A DNA stretch of 63,292 nucleotides, filler included, from Octopus bimaculoides (Eukaryota), in the NCBI RefSeq assembly GCF_001194135.2. It is 5 parts of 4 records of this genome, joined end to end, with 100 filler letters (N's around TTAATTAATTAA, not from the genome) between each part and the next. Parts side by side here need not be neighbours in the genome. Positions count along the whole stretch, not along the records: positions 25,529 to 39,364 come from NC_068987.1; positions 39,465 to 48,991 come from NC_069005.1; 3 more parts are not named here. The stretch is one strand, 5' to 3'. The position numbers and the translations under genes are program-made. Positions 37,608-49,091 of the stretch are shown here, in pieces; the first letter of the stretch is position 1; each line of letters starts with the position of its first letter. The notes under the pieces were generated by a model that was not told the DNA's origin, made no database searches, and was given only the letters and a program-made list of their open reading frames with translations.

Positions 37608-38800
37608 TACTAGCAAACGCACCCGTTCTTTGGACGGTTTAAGTTGCCTTAGTTGTATTTTTTCCACCAAATAATTGAACTACCGAGAAGGTTTATGAGT
37701 AACACGGCAATCTATGTTTCCGATTAACATAGGAACAGAAAACCAAACTGAAGGCTGTATATTATGGAGGTCGTTGCACTTCAATGATCACAGAACATAT
37801 AAGTTTGCAAGCGATGCAAAGTAAAGCTACTAAAGTGTTTTGAGAGTAGATAAGGGATGATGACTACAAAATATAGTTGTTTTACATGAAAGCGAAATTT
37901 CTTGTCAGAAACAGCCACATAAATGGTGTAAGGAATTTGGAGACGTTGAAGCTTCCCCTCCGTGAGTTTATTTAATTCAACAATAAAGGGAGCTATTTCT
38001 TTCGGGGAGAAGTGTGATGGTATGTTCAAAAATGGCAATGAAATACCTACTTGAAAAAGTAGATGTATTTGCTACGTGCTTACAGTGTACGACCACTCTG
38101 AAATTGACTTCAGGTAACAAAAAATGGAGACATTGACTTCAGTTCACGAATACTGCTTTGAATCTGTAGCAGTTCACAGTGAAAAGTTGTCGCGTTCGAA
38201 ATATCATAATGGATGGGTAAATAAGCATCCTTAAAGTGAAGCAACGCATTGGTAGGTAAACAAAGGTCTCAACAAATAGAAGAGAAGGAAGGGAACATCA
38301 CCTTTCAAGTAACTCATAATAGGTAATGGTAAGCTTGCCAAAGTTTAATGCAGTTTAAATATGGCAATTAAAATTGTTTGGTATTGGATATTCATCGCGA
38401 ACTGTCATTTTAATAACTATCGCAGGTGAACAGTCGAAATAAATAGACAAAATCCTTTCACTTTTATAATATTCTCTAACCAAGTAATAATACACAATTA
38501 CAAAATATAAATAAATAATAGATAAAAAAAATGTGAAAACCACAAAAAAAATATCCACTAATGTCAATATACGACAATACTGATTTAAAAAGTATGGAAG
38601 ACCCTAAATACAAAAAAACTATGTAATACAACGAATAAGAGAAAAACCCATGTAAACCACCGTTTTCCCAAGTTTGTCCATTTACACAGGAACTCTGGAC
38701 AAAATGTTATAGTGCATGAACATCCTTGAGACATAAGTAATGTGTGTGTAAAGTTTGGTGAAAATCAGTTGAGAATTGTGGAAATGTATGCGTTAGTCAT
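37608..38800 (+). mobile_element. Possible decayed Helitron-like element
   Basis: Starts tactagc..cccgt..ggacgg. Weak stop-ridden similarity to Helitron N-terminal motifs at 37850-38070. Subterminal-like aagtttggtgaaaatcagttgag near 38750. Confidence 0.3.
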
Positions 38801-38989
38801 TATNNNNNNNNNNNNNNNNNNNNNNNNNNNNNNNNNNNNNNNNNNNNNNNNNNNNAGAGTAGCAAAACTTTATACAACAGGGATGTAACAACCTATTTAT
38901 AAAGGTAGAAACTCAGGGTTAAGGTGAAATGTTTTGTATAATATAGATAAATAAATAAATGGAGTTAAACACAAATTATCATTTATTCT

Positions 38990-39215
38990 GTAGTCTTCAA
39001 AATCATTCGGACGGAAAAATATGAATTCTGTAGACTTGGTCAGAACAGTACTGGGGGAGTATTTTTCGTCATGGACAAGTGAGTTTTGGAGTTTTGCGGT
39101 TGAAGCGTTGCAAGTCTACCAGATAGATGGAAGAGCATTGTAGAAAATGAAGGAGAGTATATTTTAGCTTAAAAAGCAGTTTGCTTATCTTAATTTTGAA
39201 AAATAAAAGAAGTAT
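38990..39215 (+). mobile_element. mariner transposase C-terminus and 3' end
   Basis: VRTVLGEYFSSWTSEFW..LPDRWKSIVENEGEYILA*, matching the mariner LP-x-RW-x-x-x-x-x-x-x-G-x-Y ending. Confidence 0.8.
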
Positions 39216-39364
39216 AAAAAATACGCATTCTATACACACACACACATATATTCATACTTACTTACATAGATGCATACGTTCATGCATACATACGTACTAC
39301 ATGCAAATACCTATATACACGCACACTCACATGCACGCACGCACGCACATACACACACACACAT

Positions 39365-39464
39365 NNNNNNNNNNNNNNNNNNNNNNNNNNNNNNNNNNNN
39401 NNNNNNNNTTAATTAATTAANNNNNNNNNNNNNNNNNNNNNNNNNNNNNNNNNNNNNNNNNNNN
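39365..39464. other. Artificial scaffold-join spacer
   Basis: Identical 100-bp structure. Confidence 0.95.
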
Positions 39465-39474
39465 TATATACATC

Positions 39475-39650
39475 GTAGGCGCGAGCGTTAGAGTCACTCG
39501 TGGCCCTCGTGCGGCCCGTGGAGCTTTCTGAATAGCACGTCTAACGAAACATTACTTTGAAACTTTTTAGTAGTGCGGCCCGCCGGATGCTGAGCCATGT
39601 CTCATGCGGCCCGCTTCTCGAAACAAGATGGTTGGTGCCTGATCTACGTG
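39475..39650. mobile_element. hAT-like MITE fragment
   Basis: Repeated gcggcccg subterminal motifs. Shares gcggcccgc..agccatgtctcatgc.gc.cgcttctcgaaa with 46466-46515. Confidence 0.5.
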
Positions 39651-39695
39651 ATGTCTAAACAATGTTGATTCACTGGCGTTAGTTTAAAGGAAGTG

Positions 39696-39737
<42 letters not shown>

Positions 39738-40224
39738 TGTGAGTGAGTGAATGTATGTTTGTGTGCGTGTGTGTGTATGGAAATGTGTGCGTGATTGTGT
39801 ATGTATGTGTATTTGTGTGTGTGTATGTGTATCTACGTATATATATATATATATATATCTGTATGTATGAGTGTGTATATGTGTCTTTGTGTGTGTGTAT
39901 GCGTGTGGATATATGTGCGAGTGTGTGCATGTGTGTGTGTGTGTGTGTGTGTAAGTGTGTTTGTTTCTATGTGTGTTTGTGTGTGCGTGTTTGTGTATTG
40001 TGTGAAAAGAGAGAGACGGAGAAACAGAGGGTAAGAGAGCGCGAGTGAGGGGAGAGGGGAGAGAGAGGGGGTGAGAGAGAGAGACAGAGAAAGAGATCTT
40101 TGTTGACTTCTCCCACAATTTCACCATTTCATCGAACATAATCATTTCCTGGAATACAAAACTTATCTACTCACCCTGCACTTCTACCACCACCACCACC
40201 ACCACCACCACCACCACCACCACA

Positions 40225-40520
40225 CAACACACTCAAAATGCCTCACTCAACACCATACTCAAAACGTCACACTCAATACACTACACTCAAGGTGCTACAC
40301 TCTGCAAACTACTCTCAACATGTCACGCTCAACACATCACACTCAACACGCCACACTCAGCATGCTACACTCAATACGCTCCACTCAACATGTCACACTC
40401 AACACGTCACACTCAGCACACCACACTCAACATGTCACACTCAATACGCCCCACTCATCACGTCACACTCAATACACCACACTCAAAATGCCACACTCAA
40501 CAAGCTACACTCAAATACAC
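40225..40520. repeat. 14-bp minisatellite upstream of the protease exons
   Basis: About 20 units of actcaacatgtcac and variants. Confidence 0.9.
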
Positions 40521-40884
40521 CGCCCATGAGGTCGCCATCCATGACCACCACCGCCTGAGACGACCTTCGGGTCGGTCGTTGATCCCCTTAAATGGACCAG
40601 GACTGAGCTGAGATCTAAACAATGACAACAGCAACAAAAGGAAACAGATGAGATGGTCACGGCTGGAACCTGGAAAGAATTTGATCATTGCTGTCCTGGA
40701 TGGGTCAGGGCAAACCCTGAGACAAGGGTGACAACAATAAAAACAACAGCAACAAAACAACAACATCAACTACAGCAACAACTGCTTTAGACAAACATAA
40801 TTTTAAGAATAACTTGGATCGCTTTTTTTTGTTTTTTCTTGTGTGTGTGTGTGTGTTTATACTTCCGTTTCCGGTGATCCGCAG

Positions 40885-41027
40885 GTGCAGCAAGTGTTAT
40901 ACCTAACGTCCTGCAGGAGGCTAATATAACGGCCATCGCCAACGAGGAATGTGCTGAACGCTGGTCATTCATTGAAATTCTAGAATCTCACCTCTGCGTC
41001 TACAAACCGACCAGGTCCCCTTGCAAC
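40885..41027 (+). CDS. Penultimate coding exon of an S1A (chymotrypsin-like) serine protease
   Basis: Acceptor ...gatccgcag|GT and donor AAC|gtaagt. Phase-1 start, then 47 open codons AASVIPNVLQEANITAIANEECAERWSFIEILESHLCVYKPTRSPCN, matching the P-x-x-LQ-x-A, C168, C182 and C191 region of S1 proteases. Splices in frame to the next exon. Confidence 0.95.
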
Positions 41028-41053
41028 GTAAGTTTTACCTTCTCTTAACTCTC

Positions 41054-41110
<57 letters not shown>

Positions 41111-41464
41111 CTCCGCGTGTCTGCGGAGTACTCAGCCACTTTCAAGTTAATTTCACGAGCAGACTGTAAAAGAGCACACCTTTGTTGCAAGTCCGATGAA
41201 GTGTCACTCTAATGTCTAAAATTGCTATTATTACGTTAAGGGTCACTTCAAGTTTTTACGTAAACTGGCGTTGCAAACAGTGTTGGCACAGAAACTATTG
41301 TAACGATGTGTTAAACAATTTCTCTGTCTTATCGTTTGGATTGTGTGTGTGTTTCTCTGTNNNNNNNNNNNNNNNNNNNNNNNTGTGTGTGTGTGTGTGT
41401 GTGTGTGTTACAGGCGGCGTGCTGCCAATCGTGAACGCTTTGGAGAAAATGCTTAGCAGCTTAA

Positions 41465-41888
41465 CCGGTTGAGCATGTCCCTTGGTGGCTGACGATATGT
41501 GCATCCCTGATCACGAGCAGGAGTAGTTGGGGAGCATCACAGCCATGTGATGAGCGGAAATCTTTGGAGTTTGAATGATTCAACTCTGGAATAATTCACC
41601 CTTGGAACACACTCGGGTGTTTCGTTCATCATCCTTCTACGAACCTTATTCGGAGACCTTTTGAGCAGGATGGGTTACTCGACCTGAAGAAAATTCTAAC
41701 TGGACTCCCACCTGTAAGGTCATGTACTGCTTATCTTGATATAATGTCACCATGTTGCGTACATATGGTTGTGAACCATGTGCCTGGTGTACCCTTATCA
41801 GACGGGTAGTCATGATGGGTTTAATTGACTTCGTATATTCTACCCCAGTGTCACCTTGATGGCGTGCACCGCTCTCTCACTCACTCAC

Positions 41889-41940
<52 letters not shown>
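41465..41940 (+). mobile_element. Probable retroposon with an (AAT)n tail inside the last protease intron
   Basis: About 420 bp of complex sequence ending ctctctcactcactcact(aat)n, 25 nt before the acceptor. The repeat assignment rests on recalled resemblance to an octopus repeat; only one copy is in this window. Confidence 0.55.
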
Positions 41941-41941
<1 letters not shown>

Positions 41942-41965
41942 CTGTGATTTTGTTTTCTCTCGTAG

Positions 41966-42130
41966 GGTGACAGTGGCGGCTCGTTGGCATGTAGGGACGG
42001 CAATGACACGTGGAGGTTAGCTGGCGTCATCTCATGGGGCATCAGCACGTGCAGCGGGGACTACCCAGCCGTCAACACTCGCGTCTCGTCTTATCTAGAC
42101 TGGATAGGCGAGGTCATATCGGAGAACTGA
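41966..42130 (+). CDS. Last coding exon of the S1A serine protease (catalytic Ser195 exon)
   Basis: Acceptor ttttctctcgtag|GGT. 55 codons [54 protein letters not shown], containing the GDSGG, SWG, RVS and DWI motifs. A phase-0 intron just before G193 is the known position in trypsin-family genes. Confidence 0.97.
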   Translation, partial: GDSGGSLACRDGNDTWRLAGVISWGISTCSGDYPAVNTRVSSYLDWIGEVISEN

Positions 42131-42229
42131 GTCGTGTCGTCATGTCGTGATTTTAGACCGCATCGTCTGTACTGAAGTTGCTCGGTTAGGTGATCAACGG
42201 TACTGTAATTTAAGTGAGTAACATCGCTC

Positions 42230-44860
42230 ATATTTAGCCGACTGGGTCATGAAATTGTAACTGGTATGATGATTGGGTCATACCATTGTAACTGTAACAT
42301 ACCATTGAAACTGTTTGAAGCGAGTCATATCGACAGAAAAGATAACATTACTAGATGTCATTTAAAGTGTCTTAAACAATCGAAACTTTGTACATTCCAT
42401 CCAGGAAGTTCAAACCATACAATCGATATATTTTAGCTAGCTGAGTCATATTTTGGAAATGGAATCATTCCACAGACACTCTAGGCCATTAGGCCACACT
42501 TTCGACATCGTATAGCTTAGCCATACCAATGAAACTAAGCAATAACTCTGAAATATACCATACCAACCGGAAAGTTTAGTTCATTCTATCGGTTGATTGT
42601 TGAGCCATCCCATCGAAATTGAGCAACCACTCTTAAACATACGCACACCACCATCCAGAGAGTTTAGACTATACCACCGAGACTTTAAATAACTGAGCCA
42701 TACCATTGAGTCTGAGCTCTGTCACTGAAACTAATCCATGCCATCCGGGTAGTTTTCGCAAAACCAACACTGTATTTTAAATAACTGAGTCATACCTTCC
42801 ATATTATATCATTGAAAATAGCCCATACCATCTTGGTAGCTTGAGTACGATAAAGATTAACTAACGGAACCATACCTTGATAACGGAGGTATACCACTGG
42901 AACAGGGCATACCATCTGGGGAGTAGAGACAACACAAATGGTGCATTTTAGATAACTGAACCATTCCAATGAAATGAGGCCATGAAAATATCCAAAGCCA
43001 CCCGGAGAACTTAGAACGTATGTTTTATATTGCTCAATCATATCATCCAGAAATTTTATACCAAACCATCGTTGTATTTTACATAATTAAGCCATATCTT
43101 TGAAACTTCTAAGTCACTGAAACTAGAATTTAGACAATAGCAAACGGTATACCATTGAAAATATATCATACCACCGGCATTAATTATATAATTGGAACTT
43201 AGCTATACTACTAACGCTGTCTAAATAAACAACTTTGAAACTAAATTGTGTAATTCGAAAAACCACCGCAATTGTTCAAATACACGTCCTGTTTGTTTTT
43301 TGACTTTTTTGTTTAGAATTGAGTGACAACAATAATAAGTTTTGCCTAGATTAGCCACGACATCCAAAACCATCAAAACAAAACCCATGAATTCTTCTCA
43401 GACGTTAATGCCGTGAGTCATATCATTGGAATTGTTTATATAACTTAGTCGCACTAGACATATTATATTCTCTTTTCAAAAATTAATTTGATCGTCTTCA
43501 TAGTCAAAATCAATACCATTATCGGTGTCCTGGAGATTCTTAAACCTTTAAAACTAATTCAAACCAGTGTACCTTTTTAAACAACTGGACACTACAATAC
43601 AAACTGAATCATAGAATCCGATCTATATTTAATAGTTTCGCTTATATTCCCTGAGAATTTTCCAAGAAATAGAGATCAGAACAACAGAACTCTTTCGATA
43701 TTTGATCTTTAAAACCATTCGAAGGTATTTATACCATTAGAACTTATAAGACCAGCGCTATTCAAGGAATGGACCAGATACAATACCATCAGAACCACTA
43801 GCAGTTACTTAACTTCAAGATTGACTCCATAGTAACAGGACTAAGATATTAGAACTTATACGATACCATCAACGGTGATTCGATACAACCAGGACTCCCT
43901 CAATACCATCAGTTGTGACTCAATAATATCAGGACTCACTCAATAGAATTAGACGTGACTCGATACAATCAAGACTCACTCAATACCATCACATGTGACT
44001 CGATAATATCAGGACTCACTCAGTAGAATTAGACGTTACTCGATACAATCAAGACTCACTCAATACCATCACATATGACTCGATAATATCAGGACTCACT
44101 CAATAGAATTAGGCGTGACTCAATACAATCAAGACTCATTCAATGCCATGAGATGTGACTCAATACAATCAGAGCTCATTCAATACCATCATACAGGACT
44201 CGATACAGCCAAGACTCATTCAATACCATCAGATGTGACTCAATACTATCAGGACTCACTGAATACCATCAGACGTAACTTGGCATTATCAGGATTCACT
44301 CAAAACCATCAGACGTGACTCGATACTATCAGGACTCACTGAATATACTCAGAGGTGACTCAATATCCCCAGGACTCACTCCACACTAACAAGACTGACT
44401 CGATACTATCATGACTCCCCCTCTACTATTAGGAATGATTCATTTCTATTATAGTTGAGCCAATACTACCAGGCGTGATTCATTTCCATTAAGCCTGTTT
44501 CGATAAGGAAATCTTGAATGACCTAATACAATCAGAGCTGACCCAGTACCATTAGGACTTGCTCAATATCATCAAAAGTGACTCAATACCACTAAGAATG
44601 AAGCAATACCATCAAGAATGACCTAGTATCATCAGGGCTGATTCAATACCATCAGGAGTGGCCCAATGCCATCAGAGCTGACCCAGTACCATTAGGACTG
44701 ACTCAATGCCATCAAAAGTGACCAAGACTGAAGCAATGCCATCAAGAATGACCCCGTGCCATCAGGGTTGATCAAATACCATCAAGGCTGAGCCAGTGCC
44801 ACCAAGACCAACCGAGTGCCTTCAGAAACTGAATAAATACCATCAGAACAGACCACTTAC
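42230..44860. repeat. Long 19-20-bp minisatellite domain downstream of the protease stop codon
   Basis: Recurrent ataccat core throughout. Degenerate at 42230-43860, regular 20-bp units at 43861-44450, second 20-bp block at 44520-44860. Confidence 0.9.
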
Positions 44861-45144
44861 CATCGATTGTGCAATAAGGTCTCCAATAAAACAATTTCTT
44901 TAAGAAAAGTATTATTTCATATTGTTTTTATTATTTTTGTATATTATTTTTATCATGTTGTTGTCGTTGTTGTTGTTGCTGTCATTATCATCGGTGGCGG
45001 TGGTGTAGCAATGGTGATGGTGGTGTCGGTGGTGCAAGTGGTGGTGGTGGTGGTAGTGCTGCTGTTGCTGCTACTACAGCTGCTGTTGCTGTTGTTGTTG
45101 TTGTTATAGTTTTTATTGTAGTAGTAGTAGTAGCGGCAGCAGCG

Positions 45145-45210
<66 letters not shown>

Positions 45211-45248
45211 ATAGTGGTGGTGGTGGTATGGTGGCGGCGGCGGCGGCG

Positions 45249-45306
<58 letters not shown>

Positions 45307-45308
45307 AT

Positions 45309-45713
45309 GTTGTTTAGCTCCAGGTCAGTTTTGATCGATCGGAACCATGATCAAAAGCATTACAGCCGTGACCACACCATCTGTCTGTATATCTGGAACA
45401 ACATTGTTTAATGAGTCCTTCCTTTTCAACACAATAGGCTATGCGATTGAGGGGAGTTGATAGCTATTTCTAGCGTGATAAAGGAACCATGTAGAGGTAC
45501 CCTCGTTTGATTTTTTTGTATAACATAGTCAGGAGAGACTCTGCAAGAAATAGCAGCTAGATTTTCCTCAGATCATACTTAATCATCTTGAAAAGGACTT
45601 GTTAGATAATATGGTCAATAGTTCCGTGTACAAAGAGAAAAATGGGATGGTCACGGCCGGAATGACCTTTAATCAGTGGACTTTTCGATCAGGACTGACC
45701 TGATGTTAACAAC
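45309..45713. mobile_element. MITE of about 400 bp with roughly 75-bp imperfect TIRs
   Basis: gttgtttagctccaggtcag..gatc..agccgtgacca at the left and its inverted counterpart at 45641-45713. A solo TIR-like copy lies at about 40640-40735. Confidence 0.65.
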
Positions 45714-45782
45714 AGGGCTGACTTGGTTTCGGGTTCTGTTCACCGCACGACATTTTGGTCGAACACTCAAGAGACACGCATA

Positions 45783-45832
<50 letters not shown>

Positions 45833-46422
45833 CATACATAAATATATACATACATATATACGTACGTATATAAGTAGTTTCTGATATTCACAAACAGCAA
45901 TGAAAATATGTCATAGCACATCACTGAAGAGACATTGTGAATATCAGTGTATATATGTACATATATGTATATAATGTATATGCATGTGTGTATGTATGTG
46001 TGTGTGTGTATATTATATATATATATATATATATNNNNNNNNNNNNNNNNNNNNNNNNNNNNNNNNNNNNNNNNNNNNNNNNNNNNNNNNNNNNNNNNNN
46101 NNNNNNNNNNNNNNNNNNNNNNNNNNNNNNNNNNNNNNNNNNNNNNNNNNNNNNNNNNNNNNNNNNNNNNNNNNNNNNNNNNNNNNNNNNNNNNNNNNNN
46201 NNNNNNNNNNNNNNNNNNNNNNNNNNNNNNNNNNNNNNNNNNNNNNNNNNNNNNNNNNNNNNNNNNNNNNNNNNNNNNNNNNNNNNNNNNNNNNNNNNNN
46301 NNNNNNNNNNNNNNNNNNNNNNNNNNNNNNNNNNNNNNNNNNNNNNNNNNNNNNNNNNNNNNNNNNNNNNNNNNNNNNNNNNNNNNNNNNNNNNNNNNNN
46401 NNNNNNNNNNNNNNNNNNNNNT

Positions 46423-46518
46423 GGCACGATGAACAAAAAAATTACCTAGATTTTTTTTTTCATTGTTGCGGCCCGCCTAATAAGCCATGTCTCATGCAGC
46501 TCGCTTCTCGAAAAAAAA
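46423..46518. mobile_element. hAT-like MITE fragment, same family as 39475-39650
   Basis: Shared block of about 45 bp. Interrupted by the family-A SINE. Confidence 0.5.
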
Positions 46519-46521
46519 GTT

Positions 46522-46883
46522 GCGCAGGAGTGACTGTGTGGTAAGTAGCTTGCTTACCAACCACATCGTTCCAGGTTCAGTCCCACTGCGTGGCACCTTG
46601 CGCAAGTGCCTTCTACTAAAGCCTCGGTCCGACCAAAGCCTTGTGAGTGGATTTGGCAGACGGAAACTGAAAGAAGCCCGTCGTGTATCTGTGTTTGACC
46701 CCCCAACATCGCTTGACAATCGATGCTGGTGTGTTTACGTCCCCGTAACATAGTGGTTCGGCAAAAGAGACCGATAGAATAAGTACTAGGCTAACAAAGA
46801 ATAAGTCCTTGGGTCGATTTGCTCGACTAAAGGCGGTGCTCCAGCATGGCCGCAGTCAAACGACTGAAACAAGTAAAAGAATA
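46522..46883 (+). mobile_element. SINE family A, full length, lacking the internal microsatellite expansion
   Basis: gcgcaggagtgactgtgtggtaagtagc...ctccagcatggccgcagtcaaacgactgaaacaagtaaaaga. Confidence 0.9.
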
Positions 46884-47296
46884 AAAAAATCATGCCTTGT
46901 CTTCTGTGTCGCGGGTTTGAACGTGCAGAAAATCGCCAACCTTCCTACGCAGATCATTTCGAGTTCTTTCTCTGGCCAGGAAATAAAACACGTGATGTGT
47001 TCTTGAATCAGCCAATGTTTTAAGTGTTTTATGTACTGAAACTATCCTTCCAGTTACACTCAAATTCTATATACTCACTCCACTTGAGGCACACTTAAAC
47101 TCCTGTTTCAGTTGCAAACAAGATCTCAAGATAGAAATAATTTGATTTGCTTAGGAAGTCCTTGTTCCATAAAATGCATGGCAAAACCAATAAGCTTTTG
47201 TGTGTGTATGTGTGTGTGTATGTGTATACATACATACATATGTACATACATACATACATACATACATACATACATACATACATACATACATACATA

Positions 47297-47506
47297 CGAG
47301 GGAGTACTGAAAGATTCCTGGCTTTGGATGAAAGAAAATGCAGGAAGATCAGTTATTTATGACTTTATTCAACATATTCTCCTCTAAGATTCACACACTT
47401 ATTGCAGTGACCCTTCAGTTTTTCCAAGCCTTTTAAAAGTACTCGGAAAGTTGGGTCTTCAACCGGAGTTTTCGCGATACCCTTAAAGCCAGAAATTTTC
47501 CAGCGT
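47297..47506. mobile_element. mariner-type MITE
   Basis: Left end ta|cgagggagtactgaaagattcctggcttt. Right end aaagccagaaattttccagc is an imperfect inverted copy. Confidence 0.65.
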
Positions 47507-47509
47507 TAG

Positions 47510-48230
47510 GGGTTGGTATTTGTGTAGGGTTGGCATATGTGCAGGGGTTTTACATGTGTAGGTGTTTGGGTGATTGATGTGTCGGGTGGATGTCTGTACA
47601 TTCAAGCCTATGTTTGGAAACATATGCGTGTGTTCAGTTGTACATGTCTTGTCTAAACTCTTTGCTGGGTTCTCAAGATGTGGTGGTGGAGAGCCGACTG
47701 ATTATACTTATGGTGATGCCCGTAGGTGAGATAATATATACCCTCTCTCGTGTGGGTAAGGGCTGAAAATCTCATTTCTGTAGTTTACGTAGATGCTCGG
47801 GTGATGAGAATCTTTATTATGATTTTTACTCGGCTAAACATAATCTGCATTTTCTGCTGCTATTAAAATAAGGTTTGCCCGTCTGTCAGAGTTTCCCAGT
47901 GATTTTATACCCCTTGGCTCTTTTTTTTTTAACGACGTAGCCATGTCTCTGACACTTCATCTCTCCTGGATATGGAAAGCAGACTTACTGTTATTGAATC
48001 TGATCCTGAAAGACCTATCTATCCAACGTCCGCACGTTAGGCAACCCATTGGAGCACATTGATGTTACCCCTGCCTCATATACGACTGCCTCCGTGATAC
48101 AATGGCCGTTAAAGTGACACAGGATGTTATCTCTATAATGCTCATGTAGAGTCTGCATTCACATCCTGCCTCTGTCTCCCGGATGAGCCTTGTACACTTT
48201 AATCTGCCCATTCTATTCACAATTATACGA
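47510..48230 (-). mobile_element. Penelope-like element, decayed GIY-YIG endonuclease and 3' region
   Basis: Minus-strand frames give CHFNGHCITEAVVYEAGVT and SFRIRFNNSKSAF, resembling CPL-x-G-x-C..VVY-x-A and F-x-x-R-x-NNHKSSF. Confidence 0.7.
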
Positions 48231-48769
48231 GTGCATACTTTTCTAAGTTATAGAGTTTTAGACAACTATATGAGTAATGATTGTACGAATTTGATACGTT
48301 TTCGGATACTCTCCACAAGCTTTGATGCGATTTATCAGTTTTAGAGAAAAAAAAACAAAAGTAAAACTTGGGCGAAGATGGAAAAATAGCGGTGAAGGCC
48401 TCCCTTTGCCGTGTTGGAGTGACTGTGCTCAGAATCACAATAAACAAGATATGCCAAAGTCATAATCATTGATTGTTTATTTTGCTGACAACAAACCAAC
48501 AGTGCGACAGAACGACGACTAAAGAAGTATTACTGATAAGTCTTTGACTCATGTGCACTTGGAGTCACGTGGAATTTGGTGACAAGGAAATAAATGTAGC
48601 TTTGTTTCTCAGTTTTTTGTTTGTATGTTTGTATGTTTGTTTGTTTTTTCTTTTCTGATAATTTCTTCTTTCTTCTCAGACCTTATAATGTCTATTAAGA
48701 AACTTCGTTCCGTTTTTTGGCATTGATTGCTTTGGGAACGGAAGTATATTCTTGTTCAAGGTCGGAAAT

Positions 48770-48805
48770 GGTCGGAAATAGTCGGAAATAATCGGAAATG
48801 GTCAT
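48770..48805. repeat. 10-bp tandem repeat x4
   Basis: ggtcggaaat and variants. Confidence 0.85.
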
Positions 48806-48991
48806 AATTTTTATTTTCTCTTATTTATTTATTAACAATGAATCGTGTTTAACAATGACACGTCTTCCTTCCTCCTAATTTTTATATAAACTTATCTTGT
48901 TCAGTCTCCGACTCATGAACCATCGAAAGAGCTTCTGCATGGCCACTCGGCCGGCTTGAAAACCACAGCCAAATCCGCTCCCCACCGCACT

Positions 48992-49091
48992 NNNNNNNNN
49001 NNNNNNNNNNNNNNNNNNNNNNNNNNNNNNNNNNNTTAATTAATTAANNNNNNNNNNNNNNNNNNNNNNNNNNNNNNNNNNNNNNNNNNNN
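48992..49091. other. Artificial scaffold-join spacer
   Basis: Identical 100-bp structure. Confidence 0.95.

Noticed and set aside
40238-40558. His/Thr-rich repetitive protein
   Set aside because: It is a translation of the 14-bp minisatellite, open in several frames and without splice signals.
43861-44450. CRISPR-like array or repetitive coding exon
   Set aside because: There are no unique spacers, the units are contiguous, and the 20-bp period shifts frame and introduces stops. The 44115-44318 ORF is incidental.
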